From: an uncultured cyanobacterium
GTDB taxonomy: Bacteria > Cyanobacteriota > Cyanobacteriia > Pseudanabaenales > Pseudanabaenaceae
DNA length: 64,000 bases
Reading direction: 5' to 3'
Assembly (NCBI GenBank): GCA_963703315.1
Contig: OY969811.1
Span: 3,360,001-3,424,000, forward strand
The position numbers and the translations under genes were made by a program. Positions 19,618 to 28,875 of this stretch are shown here, one piece after another. Under the pieces are notes generated by a model. That model was not told where the DNA came from. It searched no databases and saw only the letters and a list, made by a program, of their open reading frames with translations. Every line of letters begins with the position of its first letter. Positions within the stretch are counted from its first letter, which is position 1.

Positions 19618-21179
19618 TACTTTATACCTTCCGTATTGCTAAGACCACGAGCCGCAGGGGTGAGTGCGAAATTTGCACGTCCCAATGAACCTGGAGCTAA
19701 TCGCACCAAACGAGATTGGCTATTGCGCTCAATAAAATACAAATTGGGCGCGAGTGTGTAACCAGGAACAGAAGTTAAATCGATCGCTAAAGTTCGGCTG
19801 CCAGAAAGCACACTACTGAGAGAATAAAGTCCATTAGCATCTGTCACAATTCGATTACCATCATCCATATAAATTACGGCATTGGGTACACCAGGTTCTC
19901 CCAGTTGTTGTTCACCATCAAAGTTCTTATCGACAAATACACGTCCAACCAAGGTTCCACAATCAGAGAGAATCCCTGGACGAATCCTGATCTGATGCGA
20001 CACAGGTCCATCACGGACAACCTGCTGATTATCAGCACGGATACCTGAGATTGAAGCGCGGTTAATCCCAGTGCCACGAATCGCGTCATTTGTCACCTGT
20101 GCAGCATAGGCAATATTCAGACTCTGGTTAGCCGACGCCACAGGAAGTGACACATTAGGACGAAATGTAAGACTTCTACCATTGCGTTCTACGGGTACGG
20201 TTACGGCTGTACCACCTAACTCGGCGCGGATGGAACCATCAACATATTGAAATCCGAGCGGTAAGTCGTCGCGAATTTCGGGTTTATTAATCACAGTACT
20301 CGAAAGATTACGTGCAGTTAATCGATACACGACAATATCGCCTGGTTCTGCGGCAGCGCGATCGCCTGTTTTCAAAAGTTGAATTGCTTGTGCTTCACAT
20401 ATACTCACATTAGCATTGACAATCGCTAAGGAAAGACCGACTGATGCCGCATCGGTAATATTAATCGTGCCATTAACCGAGGTTGCACCATTGTCCGCCG
20501 AAATTGGATTGCCATCCAGTGAAGTAGCAGTGTAGTTCACCACATTACCAGTGCGTGAATTAATCGTAAATTTGATTCTTCGAGCGCCTAGCAAAGATTT
20601 TGCAGGTGGTTTAACAAACAGAATAAACTCTCTTCCTACGTCAACTTGACCACGACTAGCATCAAGTAAAAAGTTATATCGACCTTGCTCACCATTAGTC
20701 AAGAAAAAAGGATTCGCATTATATAAATTGGGAGATAAACCTGCTGGTCGAGTCGATGAAGCTTGGTTTGGAGGCACAGTAGCAGTTAGGACAATTGGTG
20801 TGCCAATATCACCTGTTGAGTTTAGTAACTCATACAGTCCCACACTAAAGCCTGTGTAGTCTGGCAGTATGCCACCATCACAGGAGGTCAGTTTACCAAA
20901 GGGGTCAATTAACGACGTTGAAGTACCCAACACCACAACATTAGAAATACCATTGATCTTGACCCCTAACTGAATAGGATCTTCATAAGTACCTGTAGCG
21001 GTGTTACTGATTTTTTTATTATCCGCAGCTTGAGCGGATACTGGAGGGGAGGAGATTTGCCATACTCCAAACAATATCAAAGTAGCTGTCAGTAATGTAA
21101 GCAAAAAATAAATAATAATGCTTTGTTTTACTTTCTTTCTTTGATAACCTGCTTTTGCATTTTGTCTTGAATAATGCAT
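19617..21179 (-). CDS. Secreted DUF11 + SdrD-B/Cna-B-like domain protein
   Basis: KTGDRAAAEPGDIVVYRL..DDLPLGF (DUF11) and GRVFVDKNFDGEQQLGEPGVPNA (SdrD B-like). Confidence 0.82.
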   Translation of the reverse strand: MHYSRQNAKAGYQRKKVKQSIIIYFLLTLLTATLILFGVWQISSPPVSAQAADNKKISNTATGTYEDPIQLGVKINGISNVVVLGTSTSLIDPFGKLTSCDGGILPDYTGFSVGLYELLNSTGDIGTPIVLTATVPPNQASSTRPAGLSPNLYNANPFFLTNGEQGRYNFLLDASRGQVDVGREFILFVKPPAKSLLGARRIKFTINSRTGNVVNYTATSLDGNPISADNGATSVNGTINITDAASVGLSLAIVNANVSICEAQAIQLLKTGDRAAAEPGDIVVYRLTARNLSSTVINKPEIRDDLPLGFQYVDGSIRAELGGTAVTVPVERNGRSLTFRPNVSLPVASANQSLNIAYAAQVTNDAIRGTGINRASISGIRADNQQVVRDGPVSHQIRIRPGILSDCGTLVGRVFVDKNFDGEQQLGEPGVPNAVIYMDDGNRIVTDANGLYSLSSVLSGSRTLAIDLTSVPGYTLAPNLYFIERNSQSRLVRLAPGSLGRANFALTPAARGLSNTEGIK

Positions 21180-21513
21180 TACACTCGCGTCTTTGGTCTC
21201 ACACCAATATATTTTTATTTAAACCAACTGTTTGATATATCGATCCTAAAATCATTTATAGACTTTTGGGTTTGTGGAATAGTGTAAGGAAGATACCCTC
21301 TTCTACAAATTATTTAGAATTGCTATATGTCAGCTTCAACAAATCATTCTGTTTTTAAAAATAAATTAAGTTTATAAACTAAATAATTGCAAGCTTTATA
21401 GTTTAGATTTCAAAACGTATTAATCATTTGGGTATCTTAAGAGTTTGCAATATGTTAAAAATTCAATAAGATATCATAAAATCAAGAGCAAACAAGAATA
21501 TATTTATTGAGAT

Positions 21514-21566
21514 TAAATAGTTTGAGAGAGTTCAATCATTAGGGTCAACCTCTCTCAAACTATTTA
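21514..21566. repeat. Inverted repeat in AT-rich leader of DUF11 operon
   Basis: taaatagtttgagagag ... ctctctcaaactattta. Confidence 0.7.
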
Positions 21567-21935
21567 GGATAGTTGTATTACTCTTAACCATGCAGAAGTA
21601 AACTTCAAAAGTTAGCCTCACAACTATAAATAAAAAGACACTGAATGTGAGGCAGACTAGGCTCAACTAGTCAACACTAGATGAGATTTTTAGCTTGTCA
21701 GTTATCTCTTGAATTTATTAGCTTAAGCAATTTGGCTTAATTCTATACTAACCAAATATATATAGTCAACCCATCTCTTGAAGTACACAATCATCAAATA
21801 CTCTTTAAATCATAATCAGTCTAATTTCTTGATTTAACTATAGACCCAATACATAAAATCTAATAAAAACAGAACTAAAATTACTAGTCCTGATTTTATC
21901 ATTAATATGAATCTAAACAAAGAAGCTAGTAAAAT

Positions 21936-22766
21936 CTAAGGTAGTTTAGGGTATTGGCGAAAATTTGGTTTGCGTTTTTCGATAAATGCTTGCTTGCCTT
22001 CCTGAGCCTCTTGAGTCATGTAAAACAACAGTGTGGCATTACCCGCTAATTCTTGAATACCAGCCTGTCCATCACAATCTGCATTAAATGCTGACTTGAG
22101 ACAGCGAATTGCTAGAGGGCTTTTATCTAAAATTTCCTGCGCCCATTGAATACCTTCTGCTTCTAGTTGTTCCACAGTTACAACCTTATTTACTAAGCCC
22201 ATTTCTAGAGCTTCTTGAGCATTGTATTGGCGACAGAGATACCAAATTTCGCGAGCTTTTTTTTGTCCCACTAAACGTGCCAAATAGGAAGCGCCAAAGC
22301 CACCATCAAAACTACCCACCATCGGTCCAGTTTGCCCAAAAATAGCATTATCTGCGGCGATCGTGAGATCACAGACTACGTGCAGAACGTGACCACCACC
22401 GATCGCATAGCCAGCTACCAACGCAATCACAGGCTGAGGCATCGTGCGAATGAGGCGCTGTAAATCAAGCACATTTAAACGCGGTACACCCGATTCAGAA
22501 ATATAACCACCTTCACCACGGACTTTCTGATCGCCTCCTGCACAAAAAGCATATTTACCATCTGGGGCAGGTCCTGCGCCTGTGAGTAAGACCACACCAA
22601 TTTCCACATCTTCGCGGGCATCCGCAAAAGCAGCAATCATTTCCGTAATTGTTTTGGGACGAAAAGCATTCCGAACTTGGGGGCGATTGATGGTGATCTT
22701 TGCCATTCCATCAGCTTTGTGATAGAGGATATCTTCAAATTCGGCGGCTATTTGCCAATCGGTCAT
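21936..22766 (-). CDS. menB: 1,4-dihydroxy-2-naphthoyl-CoA synthase
   Basis: RNAFRP, FCAGGDQ, GYAIGGG and GSFDGGFG motifs. Confidence 0.98.
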   Translation of the reverse strand: MTDWQIAAEFEDILYHKADGMAKITINRPQVRNAFRPKTITEMIAAFADAREDVEIGVVLLTGAGPAPDGKYAFCAGGDQKVRGEGGYISESGVPRLNVLDLQRLIRTMPQPVIALVAGYAIGGGHVLHVVCDLTIAADNAIFGQTGPMVGSFDGGFGASYLARLVGQKKAREIWYLCRQYNAQEALEMGLVNKVVTVEQLEAEGIQWAQEILDKSPLAIRCLKSAFNADCDGQAGIQELAGNATLLFYMTQEAQEGKQAFIEKRKPNFRQYPKLP

Positions 22767-22871
22767 GTTTTTGGGGGAGAGAAAAGTACAGGAGTTAATC
22801 TTATCAAAAGTTAAAAGTTACAGTTCTTTCCGACAGTAAAAAAAGATTTTTGATAGTTGTAGTAAGCCATA

Positions 22872-23093
22872 TATAGGGTTTCACAGTATAGAGAATTGTT
22901 TCCTAGCCAAAGGCTAGGAAACAATTCTCTATACATCGCTTGCTTGAGCCATATTTAAGACAACCCCAAAAGAGAGTTGCATCAATTTGCATCGTAATTC
23001 TCTTTTAGGTGTTAAATAAGTAGACTTAATTAAAGATAAAACCATAAAAGCTGTGGCGGACTCTGCGCGTGTGCCACAGCTTTTATGGTTTTA
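22872..23093. repeat. Three adjacent palindromic elements (one family D, two degenerate)
   Basis: gtatagagaattgtttcctagcc-aaa-ggctaggaaacaattctctatac; aaaaccataaaagctgtggc...gccacagcttttatggtttt. Confidence 0.7.
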
Positions 23094-23430
23094 ATAGTGC
23101 CTTATGCCTTAACTAAGAAATAACGACTATACATAGGTTAAAGATGGCAGTAACTCAGTTAAACTGCAATAAATTTTAGATTGATACCTTGATTTTTTAA
23201 CCTATTTTACAGGTTGCTTTTCCCCAATTTGTAGCGTGAATATATTTATGAATATATTCACAAAAAATACATTTAGATACCCTATTCACCTCAGTTAAAA
23301 TGATTGATTTCTTGTGTGAAGATGCAGTTGTTAATTTTTGTCTATAATTGCAATGCTTCTTTAAGAAAGGCATTAGTCTATAAATAGATCATCATCATAG
23401 TCTAGGGTCATGTTTTAGGAGAAAAGCATA

Positions 23431-23550
23431 ATGGTTATTGTATGGAATAGCTTTTTCTTGGGGGTTGTGTCTGCTTTTGCTTGTTCCAGCCTAGTCTTGT
23501 GGGTCATGGTCATGGTGTCTTTGGGGAAATCCACTTTACAGTTTAAGTAA
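23431..23550 (+). CDS. Putative 39-aa single-TM small protein (not in ORF track)
   Basis: AGGAG 9 nt upstream of ATG; MVIVWNSFFLGVVSAFACSSLVLWVMVMVSLGKSTLQFK; GC-richer than its flanks. Confidence 0.55.
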   Translation: MVIVWNSFFLGVVSAFACSSLVLWVMVMVSLGKSTLQFK

Positions 23551-23658
23551 TTTTTTATAATTACTACAGTTGAAATTTTTGGGGATTTAGAGTTTTTTAT
23601 TGGCGCGGCTTTGCCTTGACAATAAAAATAGGTTCTTGATTTTACTTCGTGCCTTTTT

Positions 23659-23750
23659 TATAGCAAAGCAAAACCCAAGAAGCGAGTGGCGGCGCGGAGC
23701 TCCGCCACTCGCTTCTTGGGTTTTAGTATAAGCAAAAATTTTTTGTTATA
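23659..23750. mobile_element. Family B palindromic element
   Basis: aaaacccaagaagcgagtggcggcgc-gga-gctccgccactcgcttcttgggtttt; nearly identical to the 10711 copy. Confidence 0.75.
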
Positions 23751-23846
23751 GATGAAGCTCAAAGTACTTCCTAATCTATGACTGTGGGTTTTTGTAATAG
23801 CGATTGCTATAATTAAAATCTCAAATTTTTTAAGTAAGGGCAAGTA

Positions 23847-24140
23847 ATGGCGACTTCTCATAGGACAAAACAGGTAAATCTTCGTTTTCCTCTGCCTTTA
23901 TTGAGCCAAATCAAATCTCAAGCTGATGCTAAACAACAGGCGATCGCTGATTGGATTTTAGCAGTGGTCAGTCGTGAGTTTACCCCAGAACCAATAGCAG
24001 AAAAGCTGTCAGAGAAACCATCGGAACCTACTCCTTTTGTTTTGCATCCTGAACTTCTGGCATATATTGAGACTTGTCTAGCGCCGCTACAGGGACAGAT
24101 TGGTGAACTGAGGACACAACTGGGGGAGTCCAAAGCCTGA
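23847..24140 (+). CDS. Ribbon-helix-helix-like small protein (N-terminal part of a probable frameshifted gene)
   Basis: KQVNLRFPLPLLSQIKSQADAKQQAIADWILAVV fits an RHH/CopG pattern; short coiled coil ending LGESKA*. Confidence 0.7.
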   Translation: MATSHRTKQVNLRFPLPLLSQIKSQADAKQQAIADWILAVVSREFTPEPIAEKLSEKPSEPTPFVLHPELLAYIETCLAPLQGQIGELRTQLGESKA

Positions 24141-25006
24141 TTGATAGTGGGAAATCCAGTCAGGCAGATGTATCTGTCCCTAATCAAAATGATGATCATG
24201 TTGATGCTAATACTTCAAAAGGTTTTTGGTCATCGGCAAATACGAAGCCACTGTTTAATTCATTAGCAGGATTTGCTCTAGAAGTAGGCGATCGCCTGCT
24301 GATCAATGGCGAAGAAGTGATATTTAAAGGGTGGGTCGATCAATCCCAGACAGCGATCGAAGTAAAAGTGATCGCTGATGACGCAGTGCAGGTCAAGCAA
24401 GTTCATGCGAAAGAAATCAAAAGTCTGTCGCGATCGCCGCATATTGCTGATAATTCGTCATCACCAAACCAAACCACCAAACAAGAAGCGAATCAGTCTG
24501 ACCGTACAAAAGTAAATACGCCAGTAAATACACCAGTAAGTGCAACCGACAATGAAGAATCTCCAGTAGCAAAGGCTGAGCAAGAACTTCCAGAAGTAAC
24601 CACGCAGGAAAGCGGCGATCATCCAAAAACGGAGGAAGATGCTGTAAATAGTTCAGATAGCTTGGAAGATACTGCTCAAATAGAAGAATCTCCTGAAATC
24701 CCCCCAGAGCCAGAATACAATGCTTGGGAAGTATGGACTTATTTAGAACGGCAGCGTTTGAAAACACTCAAGTTAATCAATACATTCCATGCGGAATGGG
24801 AAGCAAATCGATTTGTCCGTGAAGCTGAACGGAGTACTCCTCCAAATCTCAGGATACATTACGAAATTCGTCCAGTTTTACTCGATGAAGCTGAGTTAAA
24901 TGGTTCTGCTCCAAAAACTGAAAATTCTCATACATCTCCTGATCAGCAACCTGATGCTGAGGTAGAAGATTATGCTGATGCGATCGATGTGGAGATCATC
25001 AGCTAA
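24107..25006 (+). CDS. Open -1 frame continuing the RHH ORF (acidic hypothetical protein)
   Basis: Frame is stop-free from 24107 to 25006 but has no ATG/GTG/TTG until 24317; it overlaps the end of the upstream ORF. Confidence 0.65.
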   Translation, partial: TEDTTGGVQSLIDSGKSSQADVSVPNQNDDHVDANTSKGFWSSANTKPLFNSLAGFALEVGDRLLINGEEVIFKGWVDQSQTAIEVKVIADDAVQVKQVHAKEIKSLSRSPHIADNSSSPNQTTKQEANQSDRTKVNTPVNTPVSATDNEESPVAKAEQELPEVTTQESGDHPKTEEDAVNSSDSLEDTAQIEESPEIPPEPEYNAWEVWTYLERQRLKTLKLINTFHAEWEANRFVREAERSTPPNLRIHYEIRPVLLDEAELNGSAPKTENSHTSPDQQPDAEVEDYADAIDVEIIS

Positions 25007-25034
25007 AAAGAGAGTTGTGCTGCAACTCTCTTTT

Positions 25035-25130
25035 CGGTTTTAAAAAATGGCATAGCCATTTTTTAAAACCGTTACTGGGTTTGTTTTTTAATTCACGAAA
25101 GTGTGACAACACTTTCGTGAATTGGTGTTA
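25035..25130. mobile_element. Family A double-hairpin element
   Basis: aaaaaatggc-ata-gccatttttt plus aattcacgaaagtgt-gaca-acactttcgtgaatt; uninterrupted counterpart of 34476-34789. Confidence 0.7.
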
Positions 25131-25212
25131 TGTCCTGATGCACTTGGCAACAGCTATACTGTAAAATTTCTAAAGTAATCTTAATTTATTGAAACTTATT
25201 TAGAGAAAAATC

Positions 25213-25323
25213 ATGGGAGAACTAGTTAACGCAATGGTCTTATCGATGGTACTTATTCCTGTCGGTATTGCCTTCGGATACTTCTTACTAAAGTTGCAAG
25301 GCGAAGAAAAAGAAGAAGCATAA
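25213..25323 (+). CDS. petM: Cytochrome b6f complex subunit PetM (not in ORF track)
   Basis: MGELVNAMVLSMVLIPVGIAFGYFLLKLQGEEKEEA; G..LLKLQG signature. Confidence 0.9.
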   Translation: MGELVNAMVLSMVLIPVGIAFGYFLLKLQGEEKEEA

Positions 25324-25362
25324 AGTGCTGATTTACCGTGCTTTGCGCGGTAAATCAGCACT

Positions 25363-26004
25363 TTATGCCTTTGAGTCAGATTTGAAGCTAAATTCAGTGC
25401 CGTTAAGTAAACGCTCAATATTAGAGCGATGTAACCAAATGACAAATATGCAGCCCACCGTCACAAAGCTGGAATAAATTACATTTGTTTGTAATGTCCA
25501 CATGAGCATTGGGGCGGCGGTAGCAGCAGCAATTGAACTAAGGGAGACGGTGCGCCAAATTGCCATTGTGACTAGCCACACACCAAAAGCAGCGATCGCC
25601 ACAGTCCAGTTGAGCATAAATAAAATACCGACACCAGTTGCCACTGATTTTCCACCTTTAAAGCCTAACCAAACTGGACGGCTATGACCAATTAAAGCCA
25701 ACATTCCCGCGCCAATGACAAATAGGGAAAGATGGTCAACCGCAATACTTGCCGTCAGCCCCAAGCTTTTGATTAGCCAGTTTGCTTGCTGCATCAGGTA
25801 AATGGCGATCGCCCCTTTAGCAAAGTCGGTGATAAATACGCTGATGCCCGCCAACTTACCGACATTGCGCCATACATTTGTTGCTCCTGTGGAGCCAGAC
25901 CCATGCTCACGAATGTCGATACCCGCGATCCGTCCTACCAGATAACCAGTGGGGAAAGATCCTAGAAAATAGGCGATCGCAAGCAAGAGATAGGGAAACC
26001 ACAT
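25363..26004 (-). CDS. plsY: Glycerol-3-phosphate 1-O-acyltransferase
   Basis: YFLGSFP, GSGSTGATN, FKGGKSVAT and HRSNI motifs. Confidence 0.97.
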   Translation of the reverse strand: MWFPYLLLAIAYFLGSFPTGYLVGRIAGIDIREHGSGSTGATNVWRNVGKLAGISVFITDFAKGAIAIYLMQQANWLIKSLGLTASIAVDHLSLFVIGAGMLALIGHSRPVWLGFKGGKSVATGVGILFMLNWTVAIAAFGVWLVTMAIWRTVSLSSIAAATAAPMLMWTLQTNVIYSSFVTVGCIFVIWLHRSNIERLLNGTEFSFKSDSKA

Positions 26005-26077
26005 AAGCTATATTTCAGAAAACCAAAAGTAGAGATCGGGTGCAAAATACCCATATCTACTTTATGGGTTTTAGGCA

Positions 26078-26241
26078 ATAGCGACAATAGTCACAAAATA
26101 AAACCCAAGAATTGAGTGGCGGCGCTCCGCGCCGCCACTCAATTCTTGGGTTTTATTTCCTAGTACACTTGGCTCACTATAAAAGCCAAAAATTGTTGCA
26201 GCGCAGAGTGCTGCAACAATTTTTGGCTTTTATAGTGAGCC
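26078..26241. mobile_element. Family B variant (26078-26181) plus overlapping long palindrome (26171-26241)
   Basis: aaaacccaagaattgagtggcggcgc-tcc-gcgccgccactcaattcttgggtttt; ggctcactataaaagccaaaaattgttgcagc...gctgcaacaatttttggcttttatagtgagcc. Confidence 0.75.
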
Positions 26242-26251
26242 TGAAGAAATT

Positions 26252-26455
26252 TTAGTCAATAGAGATTGATTGAGGTCCATCCTTAACATTTTTACCAACA
26301 GAAGTTTCTGTGGTGGGTGTTGCGCCTTGTTTCTCTAGCCAACCCTTTAAAGGATCTTGTTGTAGATCGAGCTTCAGAAAGCCCGAAACGAGTCCACCCA
26401 AAAATGCAACAGGTTGTCCTAAGAACTCATTAACAATCGGTTTTAGCTCGTCCAT
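26252..26455 (-). CDS. Small conserved cyanobacterial hypothetical protein
   Basis: PVAFLGGLVSGFLKLDLQQDPLKGWL...GPQSISID pattern. Confidence 0.78.
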   Translation of the reverse strand: MDELKPIVNEFLGQPVAFLGGLVSGFLKLDLQQDPLKGWLEKQGATPTTETSVGKNVKDGPQSISID

Positions 26456-26571
26456 AGATACAGAAATATAGTTTTATTTGAGGATGATTTCAAAAGCAAC
26501 GCATTGCGATACTTCTCTTAACACTATAACAATTTTCGACCAGAGCCGATATATCACCGCTTTAGCAAACA

Positions 26572-26822
26572 AGGGACTTAAGTCCCTACCAAAACCCAAA
26601 AGAGAGTTGCGGCGCTTCGCGCCGCAACTCTCTTTTGGGTTTTATGTCGTCTTAACTTGCTTGGTTATGGCTTATAAACTAGCGCTTTTCAAGCAAGCAA
26701 GGAGAGGATTGTTTGCTTACAGTCTGTTGATGCTTAAAGTAGTCCAGATAAATTTTTGAAATCGCGGCGGAGCCACGATTTCAAAAATTTATCTGGGTTT
26801 TAACTCAGCGCAAAGCGCTGTA
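26572..26822. mobile_element. Composite of palindromic elements (family B reverse copy 26589-26675, D end, family E)
   Basis: Reverse-complement match to the 48150 copy; agggacttaagtccct; ccagataaatttttgaaatcg...cgatttcaaaaatttatctgg. Confidence 0.72.
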
Positions 26823-26963
26823 GCTATAATTTCTGTCAGATCTTTAAATTTAGATTGATATAATTTCTTATTTAAACTAGCAATTTCTCGCCATATCATA
26901 GTTAAATCGATCAATGCACTCTTATGAATTTACGAAGAGTGGCAAATCTAGAGAACTTTTTCG

Positions 26964-28646
26964 ATGACCACGCTAAACCGATCTACTCTTCGTCGCCTCA
27001 AAAAACTCAAGCAGTCATCTGCGGTTTGGGAAGGCGATCGCCGTGCTTTACCAGCCAAGATCCGCCAACCACAAGACTCTTCTAATATTATTCCCCTTCA
27101 TGCCCATGATGAAGAGTCTAAGCCCCATTGCATTTTGTGGGTAGATGGCTCGATGGGAATGGTACGTTCTATGGACGTAGTTGACTCGGTTGTGGGGCAG
27201 GAAGCCTTTGTCCGCGCTTTGTTACAAGCGATCGAACATCCCCAAAGCCCTGCTCAGCCATCTCTGCCCCAAAAGATTTTGGTATGCGATCGCGAACTCC
27301 AATTTTATCTACGTGGTGTCCTCCAAGATTTAGGGATTTCCGTCGAGTACGTTGAGCGCTTGCCGCTAATTGACGAGATTTTTTCGCATATTTTAGAAAG
27401 CTTTACGGCAAATCCGCCCGTTGTGCCAGAGCAATATGCGGGAGCTTTATATAAACAGTCCGAACAGCTATGGCACAACGCACCTTGGAATACTCTTTGG
27501 GATCATCAGGTAATTTCGATCAAGCTCGATCGCTGGGATCTCGATACTCTCTATGCGATCGTCATGGGCAAAATGGGGTTAGAGCAGGGGGTAATTTTTT
27601 ATCGTTCTGAAGAGTCTCTAGTGAAGTTTCGGCAGCGCATTGTGTCAGGAAGCTCTGAGGATGAGATCGAAGAAACATTTCTGCACCAAGATTGCCTATT
27701 TAATCTTTTTGAAACTCCTGAACTCGAAATGGAAGATGATGTGCCTCCATTTCCATTTCGAGGCAAAATCAGAGCTTTGCCAACAGCAACTATCCCAATG
27801 AAGCCGATCTATGGGGCTTTACATCCCCTTGAAGGTGGTAGACCCTATCTCTACGATGAAGAGGCGATCGCCTTGACAGTGGCGCTAGAGGCATTAAATA
27901 AATTTTGGGAACAGCACCATAAGCGCTTGAATGCTAATTTTGGTAGCCTCTCAGGGACTTACACCCTTCACGCTCCAAGCATTGATAGCGATGTCGAAGA
28001 ACCGATCAAGGTAGTCGTGAAGACTATGCCCGATCTGGCGAATGAGTTACATCAATTAGTCGAAGAAGATGACGAGGATGACGATTCACCATTAATTCAT
28101 GAGGATCTCTGGCCAGATAATGCGCTGATCCACATGATGACAATTCCTTGGGATCAAGTCGATTTTTTACACAATGCCTCAATTCATCGTCAGCTATTGG
28201 ACAAAAACTTGGCGATCACCTCGTCTAAAAAAGGTGAAGGCTTACCAGGTCTAATGATCCAGACTTCGCGCCCCAAGGCATTGGAATTAATCGAGCAAAT
28301 TAATGATTTGGGTGGCATTGAGGCTTTGTGCTTCAATCCTGCTGAAGATATTTTCGGCAATACTTGTCAGTTAGGCTTAATGGTGACGGGCAATAAAAGT
28401 CTGCACCTATTCGGTGAATTTGATAAGCAAACTCTCAATGGAGAACACCACAAACGTTGGAAACAACGTGCCAAAAATACTAAAGGCAATATCTGCGTAA
28501 TTATCGCGATGGGTATTACGGGTGCTTCGCGGGGTAATCCTGCACCACAACATATTTTAGGCTATTACGAAATTAAGCTAATCGATGATAAAGAACTAGG
28601 TTTAGGCAAATTACGCGCTGAACCTGCCTTTGACTTTGAATTTTAG
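26964..28646 (+). CDS. Conserved cyanobacterial hypothetical protein
   Basis: 560-aa ORF with normal codon use and HIP1 sites; no function recognised. Confidence 0.8.
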   Translation: MTTLNRSTLRRLKKLKQSSAVWEGDRRALPAKIRQPQDSSNIIPLHAHDEESKPHCILWVDGSMGMVRSMDVVDSVVGQEAFVRALLQAIEHPQSPAQPSLPQKILVCDRELQFYLRGVLQDLGISVEYVERLPLIDEIFSHILESFTANPPVVPEQYAGALYKQSEQLWHNAPWNTLWDHQVISIKLDRWDLDTLYAIVMGKMGLEQGVIFYRSEESLVKFRQRIVSGSSEDEIEETFLHQDCLFNLFETPELEMEDDVPPFPFRGKIRALPTATIPMKPIYGALHPLEGGRPYLYDEEAIALTVALEALNKFWEQHHKRLNANFGSLSGTYTLHAPSIDSDVEEPIKVVVKTMPDLANELHQLVEEDDEDDDSPLIHEDLWPDNALIHMMTIPWDQVDFLHNASIHRQLLDKNLAITSSKKGEGLPGLMIQTSRPKALELIEQINDLGGIEALCFNPAEDIFGNTCQLGLMVTGNKSLHLFGEFDKQTLNGEHHKRWKQRAKNTKGNICVIIAMGITGASRGNPAPQHILGYYEIKLIDDKELGLGKLRAEPAFDFEF

Positions 28647-28664
28647 AGTTTCTGCGATTAACAT

Positions 28665-28814
28665 TAGGACTTACGCAAATTAAAAACTGCCCTCATCCCC
28701 CAACCCCTTCTCCCTCTCTGGGAGAAGGGGAGTAAGAAATTTTTCTTGTTCCCCTCTCCCTCTCTGGGAGAGGGGCTAGGGGTGAGGGTCTTAGCAATTT
28801 CTGCGTAAGTCCTA
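28665..28814. mobile_element. MITE with TAGGACTTACGCA terminal inverted repeats
   Basis: taggacttacgca...tgcgtaagtccta, with two internal ccc(c/t)tctccc..gggaga(a/g)gggg hairpins. Confidence 0.82.
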
Positions 28815-28875
28815 TAACATTTAAAGTGGCGTGCTACTTAGTACGCAGCCCGCCACTTTAAATAAGGTTTTTGAT

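Noticed and set aside
24317..25006. Independent gene starting at GTG 24317
   Set aside because: No clear SD, and the frame is open for 70 codons upstream. A frameshift fusion is favoured, though independent initiation is not excluded.
25200..25445. 81-aa minus-strand ORF
   Set aside because: Antisense to petM and overlaps plsY out of frame.
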